Source: Euglena gracilis (taxonomy: Eukaryota). Taken from it: DNA of 64,000 nucleotides. This document shows positions 13,048-26,918 of the stretch, in pieces. The stretch lies in NCBI GenBank assembly GCA_039621445.1, contig CP154954.1, positions 48,959,847-49,023,846 on the forward strand. The letters are read 5' to 3'. A model generated the notes under the pieces. It was given only the letters and a program-made list of their open reading frames with translations, had not been told where the DNA came from and did not search any database. The position numbers and the translations under genes were made by a program. The stretch's first letter is position 1, and the number at the start of each line of letters is the position of its first letter.

Positions 13048-14304
13048 AGTGGCTGACCGAGAAACCTCCAAAGACCCAAGGATCCAAGGATGCCCTAAAA
13101 TGATCCAAACTGGTCATAAAGATACAAAACTGGCCGAAATTAGGATCGGCGAAACAAAAATGGTCATTTTTCGGGACAAAGCTAGGCCGGAAGGTTAGGT
13201 TTGGTTCCCTTTGGGAAGATTTTTTGGGCTGCGCTTTTGCCTGAATTCGACCAAATTCGGCCTTAATTTGGCCAAACCTGGTTGGAAATGCGGCCTAGTT
13301 TCTTCTTTTTGGGGGCGGTAACGAAGTCCCATCATAAGCCAAACCCATCCCCAAAAAATAGCCCCGACTTTCTGGCAAGTGGGAACGGACACCCCCGTAT
13401 GCCCCCCCCCCCTGGCACCTTTACTTGCCCCCCTGGTGGGGGCCAAGGAGAGGGCAGCTGCCTTTTTTGTGTCTCGTTTTACTGCTCGACCTCCTGGGCG
13501 TCCACAGCCTGGCTAGGAGGCGCTGGCTGGACCCTACCGGGGGAGTCCGGCTTCAGAAATTCCCTGGTTGAGTGTCAGATGTTTTCGCAATCCAGCCGGC
13601 GCTGGGTAGGACCCACCCCTAGACCCCACCCCCTGCATGCGGGGGGGGGGGTCCAACCAGTACCTTTTTCAGCCGGCCTGGTGGACCCCCAGGAGGGCAT
13701 TTGAGAAATTCCGTGCGCTCGACATTCTTTTGTTGATTCCCAAGGCAATTCCTGATAATATGTGTTCCTTTGAATATCCGAGTTTAAGTAGATATTCTAG
13801 TTTCAGTAGTATTTTGTGGTGTTTGTTTGACCGCGAAAACCGGCGGGACGACGGGTGCGTTGCGTCGACTGTAAGGCCAGTGTGCATGTGTTGTTGATCA
13901 GGCTTCTTTCTGAAGAAGGTCCCCTCCCCCCGCGAGTGCCTTGGGCAGGCATTTTGCCCCTCCAGGGGTGGGGTTCGAGTTCTGGGGTGGGAAGTGCTTC
14001 AAGGGCAATGTGTCTGGACTGTGCCCAGGTGGGGTGGGTGGAGGCTGCCATTGACAGGCCTCCCATAGCACAAGGCACCCTGTGAGAGTTTGGTAAAACA
14101 GTGAAGCCTGAAGGTGAAGCCTAAGTTGATTGTCTTTCTCCCCTCTGCACTCCAGAAGCCATGTCATGGTGTTTTACTATTGTGCTGGGTCTTGCCCTGA
14201 TGAAACTCCCCTGGACGAGAACTGTTCATTGGGAATGTACGGATTTTCGGCACATTTGTACGCCTTTTTTTATTAAAAAAAGAAACAATATGTGTGTGTA
14301 TATA

Positions 14305-14660
14305 TGGCAAGTGTTAAGTTTAGTACCCCTGGGGGGGTACTAAACTTGACACCAGGTTCTGCACAACCCTAACCCTAACCCAAACCCTAACCCTAACCCT
14401 AACCCGTGCCAAACCTGCTGTCAAGTTTAGTACCCCCCGGGGGGGTACTAAATTTAGCACTCGCCATATATATAGCAGGTGCAAACTATAAGACCCCCCC
14501 TGGGGGGTCCTAAAGTTTACCCACAATGGCCACCTAACCCTAACCCCAACCCTAACCCTAATCCTAGGATTAGGGTTAGGGTTAGGGTTAGGGATAGGGT
14601 TAGGTGGCCATCGTGGGGTAAATTTTAGGTCCCCGGGCGTCTTATAGTTTACACCTGCCA
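14305..14660. mobile_element. Two adjacent hairpin MITEs (14305-14466, 14473-14660) containing CCCTAA/TTAGGG telomeric repeats, embedded in (TA)n
   Basis: TIRs TGGCAAGTG..CACTCGCCA and TAGCAGGTG..CACCTGCCA; internal (CCCTAA)n; the second has CCCTAA and TTAGGG arrays head-to-head; TATA on all sides. Confidence 0.8.
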
Positions 14661-15277
14661 TATATATACACATATATACATATATATATACATATACATA
14701 TACATATATATATTATGTAAAACATTTGAATATGTTTCATTTGTGGTTGGCCCAAAATGTTTTATTGAGTTTTCTTTCTTTGTAGGCAAAAAAGAAGTTG
14801 GCTTTTGCAAGGTCACCCTTCTCAATGGGAAAATGGCCGGACGAAGGTCTTTCCATCCCCCCCCCCCCCGCCCCCCTTGCTGCGAGCAAGGCGCAGTATG
14901 CATCCCATTCCTGTGCCCCCCTCCCGCCCTGGTCGTGCCGTGGCTTTTCCCAGAGGGGTCTGGATGTGGGGCTATTTTTTTTATTTGCCCTGTCAGCCCC
15001 CCCCCCCTTCGAAGTCCCAGGACCGCGGCGAACCGACCCCGGTGCCGGCCCTCCCTCCGTTCCGTTGGATCAGGGGGCTGCCCTTCCCTCCCCCCCAGCC
15101 ACCGCCACCGCCGCCGCCGTCTCTTCGTCTCCCGTCGGGCCCGCCCCCGGTCAGCTCCCCAGCGGGCCTCGCACACCCCCCTGTGTGCCGGCCACAGAGG
15201 CTTTTGACCCAGAACGGGGCGGGATGGGGGGGAAGGCAAAACTGCGGGGACGACGGCAGAAGTGGTGCTTTTTGGCA

Positions 15278-18184
15278 CTTAGGCGGCCTAATTCGCACTC
15301 AAGCTTTTTTCGTTTGATTTGCGCATTTGCGCAAATTTACGATTTTTTTGATTCTGCTTTGTTTTGGCTGTGAATGTCCGGGGGGTTTGAAAACACGGCA
15401 ACAAGACAGTGCAAAAACGATCGAAATTCTGATTTTGGCTGTGAGACCCCCGGGACTTTGGCAAAAAACAGTGAATTTTGGGGGTGTTGGGAAGGACTTT
15501 GTGGGCCCAAACCTACGGGACCCTGCCGGCCCACACTGAAAAAAACGCAAAAAAGCACCATGGGAACGGGACCTTTGCTGCCCTTGTTGCTCCTTTCGAC
15601 TGTGTCCCCGAGTGTGTCCGAGCTGCCGGCGGTGTGCGTCCTGGGTGTTTGCCGGACTGCTTTGCTTGCGGCGCACTGGTGTGGTGTTTTGGGGCTGTTT
15701 GCCAAAGCGCGGGGAGGAAGGTCCGGGGGGTGTGGGTGTGGTGTGACCGAGCCGGCGGGAAGGACACAGGGGAAGGAAGGTAAGTACAGGGTGTTGGGCA
15801 ACGGATGCGCAGAGGGGATGAAATGGGGTCCGCAGGGAATGAAGGGAATGAAGGGGAACGGGTGTCTCCCACCCAGCTTATACCCGGGATGCGCAGAACC
15901 AGCTGTGTGGCAAAGGATCCTGCAGAAGAAGCCCAACACAGGAAGGACAAAATTACGTTTGATGCGCGCAATTGCGCGCACCAACATGTTTATGTTGATG
16001 CGCGCAATTGCGCGCATAAACACAAACATGTCCTTCAAGGATTGGGCTTTGGTACCCACGAACTGACGCTGTTGATAAACGGTGTGACAAAGAGGCCGTG
16101 ACGGCACGGACTGACGCGCCATCCAGTTGGTGAGTCTGCCACACTGTTTGTCAGCGGCGCAAGCTTATGGACGCAAATGCGCGCATGAACACAAAACATA
16201 TTTATGCGCCCATTTGCGCAAATGCGCACATAAACATGTTTTGTGTTTGAAGAGAAAGAAGAACGGTGTGACAGAAACACAGCCATCAAACGCCGACAGT
16301 GGAAGTGGTTTACTTGCGCATTTGCGCGCATCCCGTTGTTTGTGGGCGCAAATGCGCAAATAAAACAGATGTAAATTGTTCAGTTTACATCTGTTTTATT
16401 TGCGCACTCGCGTCCATAAAACAACGTGATGCGCGCAAATGCGCAAGTAAACCACCAATGGAGGAGTAATAAGTGATTTCTTTTGGCGCTCCTACAGCCA
16501 CCCTTAGTGGCTTCTGAGTGGGTTCAACCCAAATGACTACACCGTCCCCTCCGGGATATGGTGTTAAGGTGCCGTTTTTGGACCATCGACAGGCCCGGCA
16601 AAAGATGGAGACATAGCATCTTTTGATGGTGGGTGCACAGCCACCCAGTAACGGTGCACGTCCACCGGCCCCAATTTTTGGTTCCCAAGGGCCCTGCGGC
16701 TGGCCTGCGGCTTCGGCTCCGCCGCTGCAGCCCCATCAGCTGCTGATGCTTCAGCACCCAGCAGGCCGGCATCGACCTCCCCGGTGCAACGACACCCACC
16801 ACAGCGGCCACGTTATACCCCGCCACCGGGGTGTAAGACTGGGGGGACGACGTGGTGCCAGTGCATGGCAACCAACAGCTGGAGAGAGGTGGCCCTCAAG
16901 CACCCGTTACTTTGGGTACAAGGAAGTGGTGAACCACCACCACTGGATTGGTCGTATCAAAGCGGTGGGACCCACTCCCCCCCAAATTGTGCACAAAAAC
17001 TGGTGTTTTTTACATTTTTCAAGGGAAAAATGGCAAAGAAAACCATAAAACGGACTACGGCCCGACACGTCCCGGGTGTTTCAGGTGCCAAATTTTGACT
17101 TCTTGTAACGCAGTCCTGTTGCAGAAAAGGTGTTCAACAGTCACAGGTCGTTTGCACGTCATCAATTCATTACATTTAATTGCCAAACGCGTGACGCCAA
17201 AACAACAGGCCGTTCGGGCCGGGGAACAGCAGTGCAAATGTACACACGTAAGGCAGGCAAACCTTGGCCAGTCGCATGCCGCGTTCCAGTGAACACTCCA
17301 CACTGCCTCTCACCACCAATTTCATCACCATCCCACAACTGATGTGTTTTGATGCGCGCATTTGCGCAAATAAACAAACTTTGTTTATGTGCTCTAAGGG
17401 CCCTACAAACACATCATTTTGAAGCGGTTTATTAACGTGTTGATGCGCGCATTTGCGCAAATGCGCGCATCAACAAAAGTGTCTTTATTTGCGCAATTGC
17501 GCGCACCAACACGTCCATCACGTTTTTAAACCTTCTAGTTCATGGTCCTTATTGGTGTCTTTTAACATGGAAGGAAAACGTACGTGTTTGGTGGGCGGAA
17601 ATGCGCGCACCAAACACATTTGTTTATGTGCGCATTTGCGCAAATGCGCACATAAACAAATGTGTTTGGTGCGCGCATTTGCGCCCATAAACACGTCATT
17701 TTATCATCATCGGTGTACGTTTTATTTGCGCAAATGCGCGCATCAAACACAATTGTTTTATTTGCGCAATTGCACCCATGAACACACATCAGTTGCGTGA
17801 TGACTGGCTCACGTAGTCTGTGTGCCTGTGGTGTTGTTATCTAGTGAGACTCAGTGTGTTCTTACCGGTGGCGGCAGTGTCCCAGCCAGTTCAGGCAACA
17901 CTTCAGCACCGTTTCCAAGTGTCGTCACAAGGGGTGTGTGCCTCTCTTCTGTTTGATGTACAACAGCACAAGTCTCACCCCCAGCCCTATTAACGTCACC
18001 TGGTAAGCAGCATGCACACCAGACCACTGGGAGTTAATCCCCTCAAATACAGGGGTGTAACAGTTTTTAAATCGTGTTCCGGCTGTCAGGGTACAGGGTC
18101 CCAGGGGTTACAAAAAAATGGTACATTTGCGCAATTGCGCGCATCCAAAGGAAAAAAGCTTAAGTGCGAATTCGGCCGCCTAAG
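15278..18184. mobile_element. 2.9-kb non-autonomous DNA transposon with ~60-bp TIRs and many internal TTTGCGCAAATGCGCGCA palindromic motifs
   Basis: CTTAGGCGGCCTAATTCGCACTCAAGCTTTTT at the left; AAAAAGCTTAAGTGCGAATTCGGCCGCCTAAG at the right; flanking TGGCA (15273-15277, 18185-18189); no transposase ORF recognised. Confidence 0.8.
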
Positions 18185-19444
18185 TGGCACCCCTGACGCC
18201 CAAGCCCCTGAGGCCGGGATGCCCCTCCCAAGAGGTCACCACAAAGGGTCTGTGCCGCCGGAGCTCCCCCTCCCTGCGAGGCAGGGTAACTGTTCTCGCC
18301 ACCGCAAGGAGTGGCGTGAACCCCCTGCGGACCCATTCTCCTCGTGGTCCACTTCAAATTCAAAAAAGACTATATGGCCATTCTGGATGCAGTTGTTGTA
18401 TGAAACCGCCTTTTATTAGGTAGTTGCTTCGCACTTTAGCTTTTTCTAGGGATTCTTTGCGTGATCGCGCAAACGAAGAGACGTTTTTTTGTGCTTTACT
18501 TCTCCTCGCAGAAACTGAGATTGGCCATTTTTTTTCTGCTGGGGTGCTGTCGGCTGGGAGTGCTACCCCAAGTGAGATACACAAAAACCCCCCTTTCCGA
18601 TTTTTTTTTCCAGCTGGTGGTACGTTTTCGGCGATTGACAGAGACGATGTTTTGCAGCCTGAGTCACGAAAAAGGGGGCTGATTGGCAGTTCCTGGACCA
18701 CTTTTTCTTCTTTGTGCCATCAGTCTTGGAAAGTGCCCAAAGCCTTGTGAAAAACAGGTGTTTCAGTGCTCGCAACTGGCCAGCGGGGAAGGGCTCTTGG
18801 AGATGGTGGTGAAATACGAAGGATCTTTTGAGAGGAGGGATGAATTCATTTTAGAACTCAATTTGTGCAAGTGATTGAAATTCAAATTTGTTTGTGCAAG
18901 TTCGCATTTGCGCAGTCACTTTTTAGCTTTTGTGGCGCGATTGTGCAAGTGATACAGTTGATTCTCAATGGGAATTTTCCCTGGCGTGATTTTTACTGCT
19001 TTTCAGACATGGAACCACAATTTGGTGTCACAGGCCATGTTCCCCTGAAATGTATTTTCAGCCTTGGTACATAATTTCCCATCACCCATTGGACAGCAGT
19101 GTGATTTCGAAGTCTCACAGCCTGACAAAAAAAAAGAGGCTTCACAACCCCTTCTTTGGACACCTCATTTGAATGCCTTGAAATGCTGTACAAAAGAGCA
19201 CCTGTTCCGATCTCAACTACATCGCTCTTATGGCCAGGGATTTAAGCTTTTCAGTCGTTGAAGTATGCCTCCGTTCAACCCGCTTTTCCAGAGTGAGTTT
19301 CTGGTGTTCACGCAGTTCGTCACCCAGTTGTTCATCTGGCCACGGTTGTGTGGTCTCTATTTGCATCACAAATTTGAACGTTCCCATGGGCGACGGGTGG
19401 CGGGTGGCAAAATTCCAGACAACCACCAACCTGTCATTTTGGTC

Positions 19445-19668
19445 CAGGCAATTGCTTAAGGGTTCACAGTACCCCACCCGCCGGTGGCTAGATTGCATCT
19501 TGGCTTCCAAAAAGCATACAAAGAACTGCATTCCGGAGGAAAGTTTTTTTCCAGTCAGGGGATTTCTGGACCCCCCCCCCCCCCGGGGGGTTCTAGCCCG
19601 TCCATTTTTTCCAGTGTCTAGCAAAATGGCTAGCCAGTGGACTCCTGGGATCCTTAAGCAATGGCCTG
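19445..19668. mobile_element. Older hAT-like MITE
   Basis: TIR CAGGCAATTGCTTAAGG/CCTTAAGCAATGGCCTG; flanks ttttggtc/tttcgggc match 6/8. Confidence 0.65.
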
Positions 19669-22600
19669 TTTCGGGCACAAAAAGGGTCATTCTGGCATCT
19701 GTAATCACTGAGTGGACACTAGTGAACTTGTCGATCAGCTCCCAGGTGGCAGAATTTTGTAAGAGCACAAAGCCCTCAATTCGACAGGCTGCACTTTCAG
19801 AACTGTCCAGTGCTGTTTGAATTGCAACCAATAGTTATGGGCTGTGTTGTTCGCAATCTTTAAAACACGCATCTTCTTCTTCTTGGGCCAGTTCTTCCGA
19901 GAACTGGCCCCAAAAACAGCCCCATGAATTCAGAAACGTCATAGATTGTGCAATTGTGCAAAGCAAATCCAAGCTAAGCGCGAAGTAAATCGCCCAAGCT
20001 TTCACCAACCCAGCGTTTTTGCCCCCATTTCTCGATTAACCGCCTTCCGAGGTGGAAGGTGAGTCTCTTTCTGGTCCCCTCACCCCCACCAGTGTCAATT
20101 TTGTTCAAAAAAAAAACCCAAATGGCTGTGCCCCGTGCTCGGGAGGCGGCCTGGAGCCAGGCAAGCGTCCCCTCGCCATTGGCCCCGTCCACCCCGTGCC
20201 ACGCACCCAACGCGCGCCGCGCGCCCCGCAGCCCTGCGCCAAGCAGGCTTGTGTGGGCTGCCGCCGGGATGCGTTCCCCCAGCTTGGAGCGCCTCCCAAG
20301 GCCTCTCTGAGCGTCGGGCCAGCGGGATCCATCTGTGCTCAGAGACGTGATACGCTGCCGGAATTCGGCGTTCTGGTGGGGAGTGTTCCCTTCGGTGTCT
20401 CACACCCATCAGATGGGAGGCAGAACCGGTTGGGCTGTGCTTTTCCTGATCTCATCTGAAATCTGTTCCCCACTTGGAATGGCAGCCCAACACTTTGATA
20501 AGCTCCCAGATGGGATATCTTCTGTCAATGGCGGATCTTTTGAAGGAAAAATCCCGCATGGGGGTGCCGACACACAGGGGCAGCACCTGGTGCACCTTGT
20601 GGACCGTTGAGCGTTTGGGGGTAGTGTTTGGCTCAGGTGCAAAACCATTAAGGTTGTTGTCTGAGCGATAAATTTGACACCGTAGAACCTTCTCCTGTGT
20701 TTACCCTGACCAACCTCATTTCATTTCTAAACGTTCATGGAGACATAGTAATTCTTCATTCGCATTCTGCTTCCGGGGTCGTCTGGATTAATTCAAGTGA
20801 GTTGTGATTTTTTTTATTTGTGATATGATGTTTATGATATTTGTGATATTTATTATTTTCATTGTCTGTATTTTTGCCCAACAGTATTTCAAATGCTCTC
20901 AAATATTTTTAATGCATCCACTGATGCACAGGTGCACCTCGTGTGTCGGAACCTCCTGGGATTTATTCCCCCCCCCCAGGAAACTGTCCTCTCCGCGTAC
21001 CCAGTAACCTGTCCTCCTACACCTGCACCTCCTGCCTCCTAAGAAAATATTTTAAAAAAATGATTTTTTTGCAGATGGCAATTTCCAGGATTTAAAAAAA
21101 AACTGAACCTTTTTCAGGCTTCTGGTTGCAAGTTTTTGAAAAAAAATGCTTTTCCAGATTTTTTTGTCCTGGTGTCGAAAATGGCAATTTCCCCCCCCCT
21201 TCTCCAGTACATCCTGTTTTTTTAAACCTGCCCTTATAGGGACCTATCCCCCACCTCTTTACTCGTTGAATTGTGGGGGTTTGGTACTCCCATGGGTCAT
21301 GCTCCTTTCCAAACCAGCATGTATTGTGGGTGCTTGATATGATTAGCTGGGTTTGGAATACATAGCCATGTAGCGGTTGAGCTTCCGTGATGCCTCAGAA
21401 TGTTTTCTTTGCACTTTTGGGATGACTTCAATGACGTGGGATCGATTTCAATTTTGAAAAAGTTGCATTTTTGGCCACATTCTTTATTATGAAAATTTCT
21501 CTTAAACTTTTTTGCCTTTTGAATCCTTTTGCAAACCAATTGCAAATCTTTTGAATCGATTTCACCCAAAACACAGAATTTGATAATTTTTGGTACGCCT
21601 CGATCCTCTAAGAGGATATAAAAAGTTAACGTTTGGTTCTTTTGTTGTTTTAATGTCGCTCTTTCTGAGCGTCCATGCTAAGCCGCCCCCCCCCCCGGCC
21701 TCACACAGGGGACAATTTTTGATTGTACCATCTTTCATGCCAATTTTGGCAGGCAGCGATAACCGCTCATCCCTTCCTTCGTGCCTTTTTCTTTTGTTCA
21801 GGATGCCTTGGTCCCCGAGCTTTGCGCGGTGGACCCACATCTGTGTGCTTTCCTACATCCCCTCCCCCGTGCTTGACACGGCTGGTCCACGACGCACCCC
21901 TTGTGTCAGCAGCATTTTTCCATTTTTCCTGTGCCCAAAATACAATTTGCTTTATGGTGCAGTGCACACGACATGGTGTGCCCAAGGCACACCCCCATGT
22001 CAACCGCAATTTCCCTGCACTTTGGCGTGTCAAGGACAGGGGGGGGGGTAATGTACCCCCAACGTGCTTGGTCCTTGTTGCAAGTGTGATTATATCCGGG
22101 TGTGTAATGCCTCAGGGTTCTTGGAAGTTTTAAGCCGGTGGGGTGGGGGTTTTAAAACGTTTGTTATTTGAATTTGAACCCCCCCCTACATAGAATATAG
22201 CGACCCCTCGCTGTAAGCCAACCCAGAATAACCTCCCCTCCCCGTTGCAATTTGGCTCAACAACAAGCGACCCCTGGTTGGATGCCGAAGGAATTTTTCA
22301 TTAAAATTTCTTTAAAATTTTAAATTAATTTAAGTTTCATTTTTATTTTCATTAAAATTGCTATTGAATGTGCCGTACAGTGAGTAGATTGGTTTTTATT
22401 ACTGATTTCTGAATTTAATGAATAAATATTGTGTAATGCCGTCTTGCACTGTGTAAAATTTATACAAATGGCATCCCAACTGGTGTGCACAGTGATTCTG
22501 CCACACGGCGGATCGTGCCGTGCAGCAGAATCACTGCATATATTTGGGATGTCATTTTTGATATCAATTTTACACAGTGCAAGACAGAATTGCATATGTT

Positions 22601-24097
22601 GTTTCCCAGATTTTTTTTTGATTTAGCAGAAATTTATGAATTTGATAGGCAGCAGGAATTTTGTCACCTTAAACAGGAATTAGCAACAAAATCTTCGAAT
22701 TTGTCGCAAAGCTTTTGGACCGAATTTTTTTGTATTTTTTCCCACAAAAATGATCCAGATTAAGAATTTGTCACTGTAAAGAAGTAAAGAACGTTGACCA
22801 CCAAATTTATGAATTAGAATCAGAAATTAGAATTAGAATTTATCACAAAATTTGTAATAGCCGTTTTCTTTCTCATTCTGTGGTGTGGTGTGGTGTGCGG
22901 AGTGATGTACAGTGCTGTGGATTCCCCATTGGAACAGCAGAAGGAAGCAACGTCGGGGTTTGCGGGCAATCCCCAAATATAGGCATATAGGCAACCTTTG
23001 GGTCCAATTTCGGAAACCCAAACAAAGCAGCCGGTTGCTTACAATATTTTGGATGTGGTTGGCAGTCAAAAAGGAATTCGAAGATGGAAAACGGGATGGA
23101 TAACGGGCAGTTCTCCTTGCAGTGCACTCAATGATTGAACCCCTCCAAAACAGTGGGGTGGACCATTTACGAGAGCCGGACCCAAGAGCAGCAAGCGTCC
23201 ATTACAAGAGTACCTCCCCCCCGCGAACCATGCAGAAGAATTGGCCCCTTTTTGTCGTATTTTTCATTTCCCGGGCATATTTTTTGTCTTTCCCCACACA
23301 ATGACACTACGCCATGAAGGATGCCAGGAAAGTCATGAGAGCATGGCTAGCAGTGTCCAGAAGGACCCTGGTGGGAAGCGTGAGTCCACCGCCCCCCCCC
23401 CAAGGTGGGATCTGGGTATTTTTAGTTACGTTGTGGAACATCAGGAGGCAGGGTCTTTTTTTTAGGGATGTATTTCTTTCGGGTTTTTTTTCCTTTGACC
23501 GGCGACCAATGCATTAAAAATCATCATTTTTTGGGTTCCCAAATATACAAAAAAAATTTTGTTCGCTGCTTCGCTTCATTTGAAAACAAAACTGAAATTT
23601 ACCATGATATTTTTGGATTTCAAAGTCCCAAATACGTTGTAAATATGTTGGATATTTTGGGGGGGTCATTTCTTGGGGGGTCTTCTTTGGGGGGATTTAC
23701 AAGAGCGCCTCGGTGTGCCACCGACTCACTTCAGGACAAGCTGTTTGTGAAGCTTCTGTCCAGCTGTTCACTTGTTGCCGTTCGTCTGAGGCTGAAATGT
23801 TCGCCCTGTGCGGTGCTTTGGCAGGGCACGTTTGCCCACCAACAGGTGCAGCAAAAGGGGGAACACGCAAGCCCGCACGCATGCACGCATGCACGCACAC
23901 ACGCGCACGCACACTCATACGCACGCACACTCATACACACACATTATGCACATGCACACACACACCAGGTAATATTGTGTTTCCCCCTCAAACCAGGGTC
24001 GTTGAGACCTCTGGGAAGGATCATCGATGGGGAAATTGCTAGTGGCTAAAATAGGTACTGAAATAACCATGGGAAGGGCAGTCTGTCCCAGGAAAGC

Positions 24098-24252
24098 GTG
24101 GTGTGGTGTGGTGTGCTGTGCTGTGCTGTGCTGTGGTGTGGTGTGGTGTGGTGTGGTGTGGTGTGGTGTGGTGTGGTGTGGTGTGGTGTGGTGTGGTGTG
24201 GTGTGGTGTGGTGTGGTGTGGTGTGGTGTGGTGTGGTGTGGTGTGGTGTGGT
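24098..24252. repeat. (GTGTG)n pentanucleotide microsatellite
   Basis: Directly visible. Confidence 0.97.
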
Positions 24253-25251
24253 GTTTGTGTTGTGTTGTGTTGTGTTACGTGCGTGCATGCATGTTCATAT
24301 GATGTGATGTGTGTGTGTGTGTGTGTGTGTTGGGTTTGTGTGTGGTGGCTGTGTGAACACATATTTTGTGTTTGTGTGTAGGTCAGTGTTTGTTGTACCA
24401 AATATATTTTCTCAACACAAGCAGACAACACGTTAACTCTTTCACCGCCCAGTGTTTCGTGCAAGAATTGGTTTCTGTCCAAACAAGCACGCACTCTCAA
24501 GGGTGGTGTTCCCCTTGTTCTCGAGCGACAGTCAGCACTCACACAACACAACACTGACTCCACAATGCACTCAGAAACATTCCTAATCATTTTTGTGTTG
24601 TTCATCATTCTTTGTTTCACAAAGTGGCATTCCCAAGCACTTTTGCACTGGTTCTTCGGATTGCCATTGTCCTCCCGGAAGGCAGAAGGCAGGTGTGTTG
24701 CTCACATAAGGTTTGGGATTTTCATTTTCATGGGGCATTTTTCCTCGTTGTGCTTCAGATTCATTGACGACTGGAGCTGTATACCAGTCATATCCCATTT
24801 GATTCCATTAATTGGTCATAAAGAGGAAGGGAAGGAAGAACCGGCGGACTACGCACTACCCCAATTCAGCCCTCTTCTCTTGGGCGCCGAATTTGCAATT
24901 GCCCTTGAGCAGACCTCCTCCCAGCTTGGGGTCTGTTGCACGAGTTGGCCTTGATATACATCACACATTAATTCTGAAGGCAGGTAAGTGAGAGGGTGAC
25001 AAGGGGAGGCGCAGGAAAAGCTTTGGGTTTGTTTGTCTGTTTTTTCCTGTCAATACCTGAAGGCATGATTTGTGCGCATTTTTGGGATTTCTTGTGCTTC
25101 GCCAGCGCTCATTCAGTTGGGCGGAAGCTGCGTTTTTCACGGCGACTCGCTGGCTTTTAGCTCTGCCAGGAAAACCGCGTCGGAAATGGGTTCAAAAATT
25201 TAGCCAATATCCTGAATGGATTTTTCAAAGTTTTTTTTCCCGCGTGGCAGC

Positions 25252-25683
25252 CAGGCAATTGCTTAAGCACTGTCCCACCCCCCCCGGGGGGGTGGGTGAC
25301 TGGTTTTGGGGCCCGGACCCCCTCCCCCCCCCGGGGGGGGGGGGTCGGCCAGGAGTGGCAAAAGTGGCTTGAGTTACCCTGGCGCCGCAGGTTTTTTCAA
25401 AGTGACTGACTGGTTTTTGGCCCGGACCCCTCCCCCCTCCGGCGGGGGGGTCGGCCAGGAGTGGGCAAAAGTGGCTTGAGTGACCCCGGCGCCTTCGGCG
25501 CCGGAAAACTTTTTGGGCCTAAAATGGCCTAAAGTGACTGGAAAGTGGCCGTTTTTCTGAGTGGCCGACCCCCCCCCGGGGGGGGTAGTGACTGGCTGGT
25601 TTTTTTTGAAAATGAGTGACTGACTGGTTTTTAAAAAAGTGGAGCGGCCCCCCCCCCCCCGGGGGTCGGTAAGCAATTGTATG
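25252..25683. mobile_element. hAT-like MITE
   Basis: TIR CAGGCAATTGCTTA/TAAGCAATTGTATG; perfect 8-bp TSD GTGGCAGC (25244-25251, 25684-25691). Confidence 0.85.
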
Positions 25684-25992
25684 GTGGCAGCACGGCTAGG
25701 CCCGCTGAGTGTTGATAAAATCTTTTTGTGCGATTTTTTTTGGGGGTCCTTGATCGCTCAATCTTCTGAAGGGCCTTAGCGGATTTCCAGCTGCCAGCCT
25801 GCTTCTTTGCGCCGAAAAAAAAGAAAAGGGAGAAAAGGAGTGCCTCCCAGCCCGAACTTTGCCTTTGCGGGGCGTTTTTTTCAGTGGTAAAGGGCGATTG
25901 GCCTTTTTGGCGGGGTTAGGGGTCGGAGTTTCTGGAAAATTTTCGCCACCAAAGGTGCCTGCCGCAAGAAGCTTCAGTAAAAAGAAATAAAG

Positions 25993-26280
25993 CAAAGCAC
26001 ACGAGGAAGGTGAGCCCGCCCCCCTTCCCAGGACACCAACCCGAAACCAAAAGCGGCCAGCCAGCAGTAGCAGCCCCCTCCTCCTGGCGAGAAAACCAGC
26101 GCTCCAGCATTCCCCTGTGGCACCTTCGAAAGTTCGCCTTCACCAAGGTGTAAGCAACATCGCCAGCCCGGGCACCCGAAGCGAAGTAAGTGGTACCTCC
26201 GCAACAAAGACGCACAAAAAAAAACAAAAAACAGCGGAAAGAGCAGGATCTCACCATCCGAAGTGCGGGGCCGGACTGCT
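25993..26280 (+). mobile_element. Diverged terminal fragment of a related DIRS element
   Basis: Co-linear similarity to 39375-39710 (aagcac..ggtgagccc; ttc..cttc.ccaaggtgt; catcgcca..c.ggca; gcagga.ctcaccatc). Confidence 0.6.
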
Positions 26281-26918
26281 CGCACGAAGAATTTTTACAG
26301 AGCCAAACAGGGTCCCGCTTTTGCCCGACGGCTGCGCCGTTGCTTCCTGCGTTGACTTTCCGTGGCCTTGTGGAGCCAAATTTTCCGGTGGGAACCGAGC
26401 GGGAGCCTTGAGGTGCACCTTGGGCGTTTTATTTTCTTGGGTTCCGGCATCCTAAAAGCCTAGCTGCCCGCAGTCCCACGTGAGAAAATAGGCCGCGGTG
26501 CTGAAGGGCAGCGCTCTCCGTCCCCAAAAATCAACCACCACCCTTTCTGGTCAAGACCATTCGGGCTCCGCACTGCGAGATGGTGAGGTCCTGCTTTCCT
26601 TGCCGGCTGTTCTGTTCTGGTGTGTTTGTGCGTGCGCGGGGGGTGCTTCTTACTGCTTTTTGTTGCCGGAGTTGGCTGATTCCTAATTCTGCCCTTCGAC
26701 CTCAAGGAGAAAGAATTTTACTGCTACGAGTTCACTTGGAAAATATTTACAAGGAGCTTTACATTCACCGAAGAACGGCGAATTATCAACTGGTGGATCA
26801 AAAGTTTTTGCTGACCTTCGACTTCCAGGAGGAAGAATTCAACTCTTCGAGTTCAACTGGAATTATCCCAGAAATATTTCAATTAAGAAGACAGCATCAC
26901 ACTGGACTTCCATGAAGA

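Noticed and set aside
14534-14602. Head-to-head telomeric repeats as a chromosome-fusion scar
   Set aside because: The inversion extends ~60 bp beyond the repeats into TIR-like arms shared with the neighbouring element, which favours a MITE.
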